From Antedon mediterranea (lineage: Eukaryota; Animalia; Echinodermata), in assembly GCF_964355755.1 (NCBI RefSeq), contig NC_092674.1, positions 310,001-374,000 on the forward strand: DNA of 64,000 nt. Direction: 5' to 3'. Shown one piece after another: positions 12,251 to 24,200 of the stretch. Position 1 is the first letter of the stretch; each line of letters starts with the position of its first letter. Position numbers and translations under genes: made by a program. The notes below the pieces were generated by a model. The model ran no database searches. It saw only the letters and a list, made by a program, of their open reading frames with translations, and was not told the DNA's origin.

Positions 12251-14236
12251 TTAAGATATTTCTAATTTTTGGTCTTTTGAAACGCCAAATTTGGATTTGT
12301 ATTCATTAAACAGTTTCTCCAGCTGAGTCTTGTATTCCTCATGTAGTTTGCTGATCTCCTTTTCTGTTGGGCAAGGGTTTTGTTTAACTGGAATCGGCTT
12401 TCCAACTGAAACAAGAAGAATAACATTATGAACTGATGCATTACGCTAATATGCTGATAATTAATAAACTTGTTCGTATAAAACAATCACTGAGCTTTTT
12501 TCAAAGATACAATTAATAACTCCAAACGGTACTTAATCACAGATAAGAAAGGTAAATAACAAACAACGTGACCTACCAACAGTGTTAATAGGTCTTCGAT
12601 ACGGAATGATTCCAAACATGTAATTAAATATTCCTCTTCCGTGAAATACAGGTGGTGCAAACCCAAACATGTTTGTTAGAAAACGTTGAAACTTTCGTAA
12701 AAATGAACCTTCTGGATTTTCAACTTGATCATAAACATCAGTTTCCCCAAATGAATACATTGGGACTAGGTGAGCTCTAAGAAAATATACAAGTTCGTGT
12801 TAATTTCATATTCACATAAACAATAGATAAATAATTGTCGTAAAGTATTGCACCGTCGTCGTTTTTCGTAAATTCGTATAGCATGCCGCCGTCGTACTAA
12901 GTTAATAATCAACAATGTCAAGTGGATTCAACAGTTCTTTCACTAAATCATTCCTCGATCGTCATTTCAGAATTATTATAATCATGGAAACTTTAGTGGA
13001 ATTTGAAGATATAAACGGTTTTGCTTACCCATGTACTATTGCCTTTTTCACAAATCCCCTCCGCTTCTCCAAATAAAGTTTGTGAAGATTTGGGCGAGCG
13101 TTAAGAGATTCAATAGCACCACCAATAACTATGACGGCCGCGTTACCTTTTCCGGATTTCCCCAATATGAAGTCGAGGCTTGTGCGACTGACGTCACAAA
13201 TTGCTATATGAATTACAATAAAGCAAATATAATTATTGTGTATCTAAAGTGTATCTCTAATATTGATCTTAACTTCAAATGAACCATTGTGTTGTTTTGT
13301 TAAAAATATAAATTTAATGACAACGTAATCTTTATGAGAATATTGTAGACCTATTACTTACCATGCATAAGTAGCAATTCGCGTATAACGGGGAAATAGA
13401 AGTGGCCTCTCAACGTCAACAAAGTGCGTCTAATACCTGGGAAAAGACCACTGAAATTCGTTCCTTCAGTACCAAAGTGTACCCAAGCACCATGACTCAT
13501 AACACCATGTGGATGAAAGCCCATCAAGTAATTATTATCTATGTCCAATTCCGCCGTCTTATGGAGTTTCATCGGGTAGAAATTCGCCATATAATGCCAC
13601 ATGGGCCATTTCATGACAAACTCCCAGCGTCGCCCACCTTCCATCGATGAATTCCAATCGTAGTACATCCATGAATAATAGAGAGCTGATAACCACCAGT
13701 AGGATGTCCACCAGAGGTAGAACGAGAGAAAAAGGAACCCGAATCCACCAAACAGGAACAGGACACAATAGATTGCAACTACAAACGTTTCTATCCGTCT
13801 GTGTAACGGAATATTAAGAGGTGCAAACGTTTTTCCACTGTAAATAAAATACAAATATACATAAATTGCATTTAGTGAAGGATCAGCACGCCTTAATAAT
13901 AGGCCTATACGATACGATATATCAGAAAACAGTGTCGTGTTGAGTGGCAATATGTCGACAGAATTGTAGACGGACGTTGTACGGATTTCTGCCTTAATTG
14001 CATAGAAAAACAAATAATATGGCCCGGTTTATGTTATTTTAAAATAAAGGGATGAAAAGAAAACGAACGTTTGACAGCCATGTAGGCCTGCTTCTTGCTA
14101 AGAATGTAATTGAATAGCAATGTTATTCAGTAGATATAGAACCATTACAAATGTATTACTTTACTTAAACCTCCTATACTTACTTTGTCTTCTTACTTGT
14201 GTTGGAATCCTCCACATTTTCTCCCTCTTTTTCCAT
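12251..14236 (-). CDS. DGAT2/MOGAT family acyltransferase, copy 2; exons 14236-14184, 13837-13362, 13203-13029, 12776-12577, 12405-12251; about 352 aa
   Basis: FHPHG, VIGGAIE, RRGFVKKA, LVPMYSFGE and VGKPI motifs. The 175/200/155-nt downstream exons match copy 1. The extra first exon MEKEGENVEDSNTSKKT has a phase-2 GTAAGT donor matching the acceptor at 13837. Confidence 0.92.
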
Positions 14237-15169
14237 GTTTTAACTCTAACAGAAGGTAGGCCTATAATAAATGTGTTTTTCTGTTGGTACTTTGATACGT
14301 GCCTGGCTAGGTCATACTGCCCTTGTAAAACATGACCTCTTATTGTTAAGTTTATCGTGAACGCCGCCCCGTTCAATATTTTATTTAGATAATAAATTTT
14401 GCAATAGGCCTTATGTTCAGTTCTGAAAAACAATGTCTAGACCATTTCCTTTGAATGCTGTAGTTCGTTTATTTCTATGTGCTAAATTGCGCATGGGTGG
14501 TTGGGAACACACTCACTTATTAAAATGTAGGCCTACGGATGTTTTTATTAATGGCTTCTTTAAAAATTGTAAAAAATACAGGCCTATAACAAAAATAATA
14601 AACTGCAAAATTACTCTTCATTCTTGTGTAGAACGAATCACTGTACAAGTTCAAGTGCAGTCAAACACTAATATTTAATTATTAACCTCCTTTAACATTT
14701 AACAATGTTAAATTTTGAGAACCTTCTTTATGTATTGTTGCTGTTAGACATATACAAAACATTACAGGAAATTTTTCTAAAGTGACAAACTCAATATTCA
14801 TGTCTTTGGTTATCAGCTAATTCATATAACATACGTCATGGTACGTAGGCCTACTTGTTGTTGGCCTATTAAAGATTTACTATAGGCTTATATGTAACTG
14901 CTTCAACTTTATATAATTTAAATACCAATATGACATCTATATCGAAAGAAAGATTTAAATCACATAGTCCAGTAACCAACTACCGGTACTCAAGGTGGAC
15001 AACTTTAAGCGTTTTTTTCTCTGAAAAAGATTTACTTTTCCTTTAAAGTACCTATTTCTCAGTTGGAGTTGGACCATATTAGCCACTTTAACGTTCTATT
15101 GACATCTCCAAAACCACGCTCTTCCTCCGCGTAACATCTCACTGGCAACCATTCTTTAGAAAATATTCC

Positions 15170-16761
15170 TTAAGTTAATGTCAAGTGTTTATCTGGATCC
15201 ACACCGTACTTTGTTTTATTCTCCTCAAAGAGTGTTTCCAGTGACTCTACATATTCCTGATGAATACGATCAACTTTCTCCTGCGACGGACTTGTATCTT
15301 TAGATATTGCAATTGGCTTCCCCACTGTGTCAAAGATAAACATTATGCAATCATTTACATTCGTGTTGTATAAGATAATTTGAATTCTTGGCTCCAGTGT
15401 AATGTTGTAGGCCTATTTGGATTATAAAACAACTAAAAAGCAACAGACAGAACTACGCTGATGATGATAATATTTTTAACGAGATTGACGTAACCTTTCA
15501 TCGACTTACCAACAGTATTGATTGGCTTCCTGTATGGGATTATACCCATTGTGTAGTTAAATATTCCACGACCGTGAAATATTGGCGGTGCAAACCCCAA
15601 GATTTTGGTCATCTTTGTTTGGAACCATTTTAAACGAGAACCAGGAGGATTGGGAATTTGCTCATAAATGTCAGTCTCACCAAACGAGTAAACTGGGACA
15701 AGGTGCGCCCTGTTAAAAAAAAAATTAAAAATAAATATAAAAAAAATAAAGGTATAGAGTGGTTTTTAACATATTATATCTTAGTCTGTTGCTGCGCATG
15801 TCATAATTCAGATGAGTACGAAAAAGGGGGATAAATGAAGCAATAAGAAGTAGTGACATCAGAACATACCCGTGAATAATTGCTCTCTTAACAAATCCTT
15901 TTCTTCCTTTTAAATAAAGAGTATGAGAGTTTGGATGTGCCTCAAGTGACTCAATAGCACCACCAACAACTATAATAACAGCATTCCCACTCTCACCACA
16001 CTTTCCCAACGAGTAGTCAACACTTTCACGGTTAACATCACATATTGCTAAAAAAAATATTGAAGAATTATTCATTAATTGTATTACCGACGACATATTA
16101 TAGTACAAAATAATGTATATATTGTTAAAGTTTGTAAGTATTAATTAATGACTGCAGTGAAGTAACCAGAAGTAAACTAAATAGTGGAGGTAAAACATAC
16201 ATAAGAAAATAGGTATCAAGTTCATTGTATTTTGATATTTATTAGAAGTAGTTGTTGTGGTATTTTCTACTCACCAACTGACATAAGATAGTCTCGCCAA
16301 AGAGGGAAGTAAAACTGTTGTGAGAGAATCAGCAAAGTTGGTTTTAAACCTGGAAACTTCTTGCTGAAATCTGTAGCATCTGTACCAAAGCTGATGAACG
16401 CTCCGATTCCCATTACGCCATGAGGATGGAATCCAAACATGTAGTTGTGCTTCAGATCCAAATCCGCCGTTTTATGAAGTCTAGCAGGGAAGTAGTTGGC
16501 CATGTGTCGCCAGAAACGAGACGTCACCATCCATTGACTCCTTCTTCCACCTCGATGTGATGTATGCCAGTCGATGTAAAACCATATATAGGCAAGTATT
16601 GTAACCCAGTAGAAAGAGGTTGTGAGGAGGTATAGTAGAAATAAGAAACAAAACAGACCGCCTACCAGAAATAGTATACACCATTGTGCAACTGCGAATG
16701 TTTCAAGACGTCTGTGAAGAGGAACTACTAAAGGTGCGAACGATATTCCTAAGAATTTCAT
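15170..16761 (-). CDS. DGAT2/MOGAT family acyltransferase, copy 3; exons 16761-16275, 16047-15870, 15709-15510, 15324-15170; about 339 aa
   Basis: YFP, FHPHG, VVGGAIE, RKGFVKRA, LVPVYSFGE, FHGRG and VGKPI motifs; intron positions shared with copies 1 and 2. Confidence 0.93.
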
Positions 16762-17041
16762 GATTCTGTAAAAAACAATATAGCTATTTTATTAACAGAT
16801 TTGCAAAACGTTTCCTTAAAAGGCATTTGAAAGATTTCGGTTGTTCGGATAGGACCCTGGATTTTCTAACTCACAATTAAGGTTCACTACCTAAGGAATC
16901 TTAAATTAGTTGACCAGAAATGGAATGAAGAATTTGCTAAATACTAACCACTTTTCATGACAGGTTTTATTGTAAGTAATCAAAGATCAACTCAACGGCG
17001 TAGAATTCTAACCAAACAATACATACAAAACGAACTTATCA

Positions 17042-17173
17042 ATATGACAAGGTCACGATTAATACACATGGTACGCAAATTACCATTGGCTCACAGACAA
17101 CTTTTAATCGATATGACAAGGTCACTAATAACACACATGGTACGTAAATCACCATTGGCTCACAGACAACTTC
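17042..17173. promoter_or_regulatory. Duplicated ~62-bp module in the divergent promoter region between acyltransferase copy 3 and the SOUL locus
   Basis: ATATGACAAGGTCAC...ACACATGGTACG...ACCATTGGCTCACAGACAACTT occurs twice; each copy has an AGGTCA half-site and an ATTGG (inverted CCAAT). The regulatory role is inferred. Confidence 0.45.
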
Positions 17174-17284
17174 AGAGATAACAGTCATATGAATTATGGC
17201 CTACATTGTTATTATGAAATAATTTCTACTGCTTGAGTGTTTAAATCTTCAATCTATATTTTAGATTTTTAGCCCCAACAATGA

Positions 17285-17520
17285 ATGGGTCATAAAATGA
17301 TGTGCATTGTGGTAGGCCTACTCATAGGCCTATTATATTTCGTAACCCACACATCCTGTCTGACTGAGAATAGCCTGATGAGAACCAAACATCCCCCGAA
17401 TGTAACAGTGATACTACAGACTGGGTATAACAAGTATAAACAACTCAACATGAATTATTTAGCTGAAGGACGCCAATCACCACTGATCAATAGAAACAAA
17501 ACCGTAGATGAAAACAAACG
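17285..17520 (+). CDS. Candidate first coding exon with signal peptide/anchor, possibly the N-terminus of the SOUL gene
   Basis: MGHKMMCIVVGLLIGLLYFVTHTSC... is open up to a GTAGGC donor at 17521. The link to the SOUL core is not established. Confidence 0.45.
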
Positions 17521-18426
17521 GTAGGCCTACTTACTTTAGTTAATATTCACGTGCAACATTGCCAATTCAACAATAAATTATGATGATAAAGACACAGCTG
17601 AAGGTTCCTACAATCATTGTTTCCTTTAAATCACGGAAGTACATATTACATCAAATTTCGTCATTTGTATTACGGCGTTCTGAATAAAAGATATGTTTGG
17701 TACAGTATAATAATATAGAGTACAATGACATTTAATGATCCAGAAATACGTCGGATGGGTTTGGTGTCTTTTCTATACAATTGTCACATTAGGCCTAGGC
17801 CTATATTTATATAAAGTGAAACTGGATTTTACATTCATTAATTTTGTTTATTCAGTGGAGTGCATGCTATATTCACCCCACATGACAACCAAGGAACTTA
17901 TACACTTTGTTGGCAAGTTTTCTGAAATAAAAAAAAAATAAATACAAAATGTATATAACAGTTTTTTTTATAAAGTTTTTGGAAATCAAATCATCACACA
18001 TTAAACGCAAAAGCGTCACCATGATATGCAAATGTAGTATTTGACCCGCATCTGCATAATATGGACCTATTTGGTGTCGGTTTAATACACGAACAAAGAA
18101 GACCATACATAGGGAATTTCTTTGATGGAGCCGTTCATAAGGTATTTACATTTTGTATTTACTTAACCAGGTACTGAGGTGCAAAGTTTAAACTTTTGCT
18201 ACAGCGATAAGTAAGGTCCACGTAGCAAACTATATTTTACTAGAGATAATGCGATCATCTTTTAGAATGAACCCTGCAGATTAGCTGTTACATAAATCAG
18301 TGACGTGAACATATTACTGATTGCATGCACTGCATAGTACATTATACATTTCACAGTTAAACGTGTTGGTTTTACTTAAGTTGCATTAATCACAGAAAAA
18401 AACAAAAATGTTTATGAATATTGCAG

Positions 18427-19848
18427 AGCGTATGTTTACATCTACAGCAGTACCGAAATATGATTTGGTGAAAAAACACGGCGAAAAGGGGAAGGTATGT
18501 TGTATTTTTAACACATTCACACAAAAATTCTTTTCACACATTGGGTTTTGAGTAGATCTTTAGTCATAAAGTAATAGCTAACATAATAAATAAAAAACTT
18601 GTTGCTTATTTCGGTAAGTGGGTATGCTAAGATAAGTGGAATACTTAAATCAAGTCGATCCACTAACTCGCGTATTACATAAGGTAAACTTATTTTTGGT
18701 GAAATTGTTTCATAGGAATATGAGGAACGACGATACAACGCGGGCAAGTGGATAGTTACCAAGGTAACCGGTAAATCATTTAAAGAAGGTTCCGATGAAG
18801 GATTCATCAGATTATTCAAGTATATTGGTGGAGAAAATAAAGAAGGTCTGTAAATTATAACAGTTTTATTTAACCATTTGACACGGATAAGCTTGGTTCC
18901 CACTTAGACGCAACGGAAATAAGTAAGCGCATCGCATTGACCAATCACGACGCAATGGATCATCCGCATTATCATTTTTGATTGGTTAACTCAATGCATC
19001 ACTCCTACGTCGTTGCGTCCAAGTGGGAACCAATCTTTTGTGGTCATATCACTTTTACGGGCACACAAACTCTTTATGAGTTGAAGCTGCTATTGTAGTG
19101 TCGTAGTACATTCCATTGCTAAGATCCTGGATTTGTTGCTGGATATAGACATACAAACTGCTGATAGGCATTTTATAAGAAATTATGTGGCATCACATTT
19201 CCATAATTCCATAAACCGTTGGTCAATTAGTTTATGTATTGTATAGGAAAGAGAGTGTCGATGACGGCCCCTGTCGTCCTGTTTACAAGACCTGCTGATG
19301 ACAACTGGAGTAAGTGTGCTGATGAAGTAATGGTGGGCTACTTTGTACCAGTGGATACTAAAGATCTTCCAACACCAAAAACAGATGATATAACATTTCG
19401 TGATTCTCCAGAACACACCGTTTACGTAAGGTAGGCTTACTGATAACTGAAATATTTACTTTTTCTAAGTTGATATGAAAGTTTCTAAATTGAGCATGCG
19501 CAACGCAATTAAAAATGACTTCACGTATGACTTCAAGCTTTTGTTTGATCCAAAAAGTTTATCCCGTTGAGTTTTGTTTTTTCTCAATAACTATAAGGCC
19601 TACCTAGGAAACTAGGCTATTACAACCGTAATGATAAATTTCTGTTTGTGCTTAAAATGTCGATTTGAATTTACAGAGTATTTGGTGGCTTTGCTAAAGA
19701 AGAAGATTACATAACAAACATCAACATCTTACGAAATTCCATCAACGACAGTGATAGTTACCATAGTAATTTCTTCTATGCGTGTGGTTATGACAGTCCT
19801 ATGAAACTTATTAGTAGACGTAACGAAGTCTGGCTTATCAAGAAATAA
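18427..19848 (+). CDS. SOUL/HEBP2-family heme-binding protein, core exons 18427-18494, 18716-18845, 19247-19430, 19677-19848 (start exon uncertain)
   Basis: Spliced translation gives PKY, YEERRY..GKW, GFIRLFKYIGGEN, MTAPV, VYVRVFGGF and GYDSPM...RRNEVW, all SOUL hallmarks; phases are consistent. Confidence 0.9.
18889..19037. mobile_element. ~150-bp MITE (PIF/Harbinger-like ends) in a SOUL intron
   Basis: TIR AAGCTTGGTTCCCACTTAGACGCAACG ... CGTTGCGTCCAAGTGGGAACCAATCTT; TSD not cleanly preserved. Confidence 0.75.
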
Positions 19849-21245
19849 ATATGCCTAAGTTGAAATAGAATCGACAGAGACTGGCCAAATCCAAGAGAGG
19901 GGTTCCAATCATTTACAGGGGTAAAAACAGAGGCTTATATAGGACTACAGTGAAACGTCACTGAAAGTGAAATGAATATTTCATTTGCTTTGATATTGTA
20001 TTGATATTGTGATATGATGTTTTTAAATATTCAAAATTTTAATTATTAGTTCGAGGATACAATTATGTATATTGCTTATAATAATGAATGAAAAGTGTTA
20101 AACAAATATTTAAATAAAACTCATTGCAACGTATTCTTTATTGTCCGAGTAATTTGTTTGTTGTTACGTCAATTTGGAATAGACCCATAAAATATCAAGA
20201 CTATCATGATCAAACAATCAAGAATTATAAATCCAAATTGAAATAAACAATATACGACTCACGACAAAGCCACACACAATCAAAACATTCCAAGTGGAAA
20301 TAGAAGATATACTAAAATATGGAATTCCCCTTCACTTTCCCTTTATAAAAATAAATGGAAAGGATGATAATTTTTGTAAGCTACGGTAGGAAAAATTAGG
20401 AAAATAATGTTTGCCTTGGTATAAAAAATAAAACGAGACAGCGCCCTCTATTCAGAGCAGACAATCTCATTCATTGCAGCTGGCTGGCTGCTGCTGCTGC
20501 TCGGATGGAATCTTCAATAAAATCGAAATCAGACTACAGAACTGTGCATTCCAAGAGGCGTTGCAAAACAAATCGATCGTATACTCGATATTGGAGTTGA
20601 GCATGTACTCACATAACTAGTAAGTAACACTACATTGTTTATAACATGATTGAAAACATTCATCGTAGGCCCTGGGTAAATTAATTGGTGTCAATTATCA
20701 CTAATTGTTCATGTAATTGTGATGCACCCATGCATGAAAGGCACCGCATCGTGCTTAGATATAGCCTGGTAACAGCTTACTGGAGCTATTACACACACAG
20801 TTAGCACTTACTACGGCGCGATAAATTAAACATAAATAAATAACTCAATTTGTTTTGCTTTGAAATAATCCAAGATATAGAGGTTAAATGTCATACTTAC
20901 ATGGTATGTAAACTAAAGTATGTTGTGGCGACTTATGTATGAAGCTGCTGTTCTCAAATGTTTTTATTTATTTCAAAATTCCCACTTACAGGCAATGCAT
21001 AAATAATAATATTTCTATAAATATTAAAGGAAGACGATTGTAAATATAATGGACTAGTTGTTTTATTATTATTTATGTACACTACATGTTTTGTTTAGAC
21101 CTTTACAACCCAGAGAAAGCAGATTTAAACAATAAAATTTAATAATATTCAAACACAAATAAAAAATATGGAACTAAAAAATAATAATTTTTTTTTTCAG
21201 ATTTATTTTTCACCAGGATGTAACAACCTCATAATGTCATGAGCT

Positions 21246-24200
21246 ATGATGCTCAATCGTAATAACAATAATTACACGCAACGTCGCTTTCATCCCAAAC
21301 AAACATTTGTAAATGGACGCCATGTTTCCAACACATTTGAAAACAACAACCATGTGTTTGACTGGTCATCTCATCAAGCCAGTAAGTGGGACTCCAACTT
21401 ACCCGTACCGAATCTCTCTTTTCGTTGGGCCGTGGTTATTGTCGTAACATTTGCGTTTGCATGTTATGTAAACAGTATTCCTGGAACTTTTGTCTTTGAT
21501 GATCTGGAAGCTGTTGTGAACAACAAAGATGTGTTACCAGGATCATCATGGTTTGGCATCTTTCAGAATGATTTCTGGGGAAAGAAACTGTACAAGAAGG
21601 AGAGTCACAAGTCTTACAGGCCTATACCTGTCCTGACATTCCGGTGAGCTAATCCACTAGGGATTTAATATTATATATAAGCCTTTGTAAATAAATATGT
21701 AATATAGTATGATATTGTATTATACAGTCAACTCTCCCAATACCTGACTTTTTAAAAACCAGTCCTAGATTCCTTTTTACCAATAAAAACACATTCTGAC
21801 TACCAGACTTTCCAGAAAACCAGACATTTGGCCAGCCCAAAATTGTCCGGTATTGGGAGAGTTGACAGTACTTATAATTGAAGACTTCTTCATCTAATTT
21901 GGGTTTTTGTCCAAAGGAGACCAAAGGAGATCCAATCCAATTATTTTAAGTTATAATAATTTTTACCATTACAATTGACGAGGACATAAACGGCCATGAT
22001 GCAACCACTCTCCCTATTTCAAAATCCTGAACCTTCCACTGAAGGCATTACACTTTTTTTAACAAACACAGTTTCATTTTATGATGTACAGAGATCAGCT
22101 GCCAACAACATTTGATTTATGTGTCTATTACATTAGTAATCCTAGGAATGATGATTGCTTCTATTCTGAAATGTGTTCACCTGTTCCAGTCACACTCCCC
22201 CACCTGTTGTGTACAGTGTAGCATGACACAGCTGTCCGTCCCAATTGACAGGGTAGGGGATCATATACTCCTTCTATTAAAATATTGACATACAGCTGTT
22301 CAATGTAGGGGAACATACCTGAAAAGTAAATACAATTCTCTTTTACTTTATAAGTAACAGACATTTAACAGGATGTTTATGTACTATATACCCTTATTCA
22401 ATTTTCAAAATTGGAACAGAAAATGATTGTAAAAAGATATTGTTGACATAGAGTTCAGTCATACACTAGTATAATTTAGAGAAAAAGAGTACAAGTCAAC
22501 ACAAATTATACAGAATTAGCCTACAATGACAAATATAAACTATAAGTATAATTTATTCAATCTCTTTAATTTGCAATTATAATCCATGTAAATAGTAGGC
22601 CACGTTATGTAAATCAAAATTTCTTTCTAAAAATTTAATTTTATATTCATTAATAATTCACTCTTCCCTGATTAAAACACCATCATGCTAGAATACTTTG
22701 ATAACTAAACATTGTACTTTGCTGTTTTATAATTCATGTAGTTAACAGGTTCAGAAAAATGTATAAATTAAAATTTCATTCCTCTGGTGAGCTAATAACA
22801 CGTAGTTATGAATAAATTCTGAATTGGCAACAAGCAGAAAACAGTAGTGCTGTTTAGTTTATTCCTTTCAGCAAAATATTACATAAAAATCAACGTGGAG
22901 TACTCTGAAGGGTACATTATCACTAGGAATAATGTGACCCTCCATCTCCCAGACAAATTAACAGTTTTTAGGTCTCTCCAAGTGTTAAAGAGTATCTTCA
23001 ATAAATTCTAGTTTTTGAAATCTATTTGTGTTATAGGCTATAACTTTCTTATTTACTTGTTTTTGTTTTCAGTTTGAACTACTGGCTTAGTGGTGGACTC
23101 AATCCATTGGGCTTCCACATCACCAATGTTCTACTCCACATGTTAGTCAGTGCCATGTCTCTTCCGGTCTGTTCCATTCTTTTAGGAGGGGTATTCAAAG
23201 GCTACAATTGGAACCATCCACGAGCAAGTTTGTTGTGTTCCCTATTGTTTGCGGTACATCCTGTTCATACTGAAAGTGTAAGTTTTTAAAAGTTTTCATT
23301 GCAATATTCTTATAATAGAATCTGAGCCAACTAAATGTCACCCGTGTGTGGACACCACCTTTCCCTTCAGAGCAACAAAATGTCCAGAATTTTCCATCTG
23401 AATAACCATGATTACACTTTAAACCCTATATTTTTATTTCATTATGGTTTCAATTATTTTTTTTAAAAACATTTTTAGCAAAAGGCTATAGATAGAATGT
23501 TCTTATCTAATTATATGTCATTTCATAAGTGGGCCTCATTTATGAACATTATTAGTGTGTCATTTATTTTCTGATGAGAATTTAGATTAGCATTGAGTTT
23601 AGCAACTGTGGAGATAGAGAGTGTGAATTGTCTATTGAACCATACACCCATCAGTAACGCTCTGATAAGTGTCAAGTATTGATTTTAATTTTTACCGTAT
23701 ATTGTCATTTGAGTACTATCTTTTGTGTGCAGTATAATTTGTTTTCAACCAACAATGTCTTGATCTTGAACCTAAGTCTAACTCTAATAATAAGTATGCC
23801 ATAGTAGTAGTAACATAATATTATGTGATATATGATTTTTATGTTTTTTCCATGTTTTATACTGTACTAAAATAAAACAATATTGTATACTTTTTAAATT
23901 AATGCACAAATGTATATTATGGTATAAATCCAGGAGGTATTTTTTAAATAAAAATGTCTTTGTATTTCAAATGCATTTAAATTAAGTATATTGAAAGGAT
24001 GGGGGTGCATAAATTGCAATTACCCTTGCACATTAATGGTATACAATATTGTATTTGTAACCCTACTTCTTAGAATTATTACATTGTAACCCACAAGGTG
24101 GTTAACTAGGCAGAAAAAAAAACAAACATATTACGTTATTTTCGACAGGTTTCTGCGATTGTTGGTAGAGCTGATCTTTTATGTGCTGTTTTGTTCTTCT

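Noticed and set aside
14804-14826. miR-9-like sequence TCTTTGGTTATCAGCT
   Set aside because: Only the 5' 12 nt match, and I see no complementary star arm or precursor hairpin.
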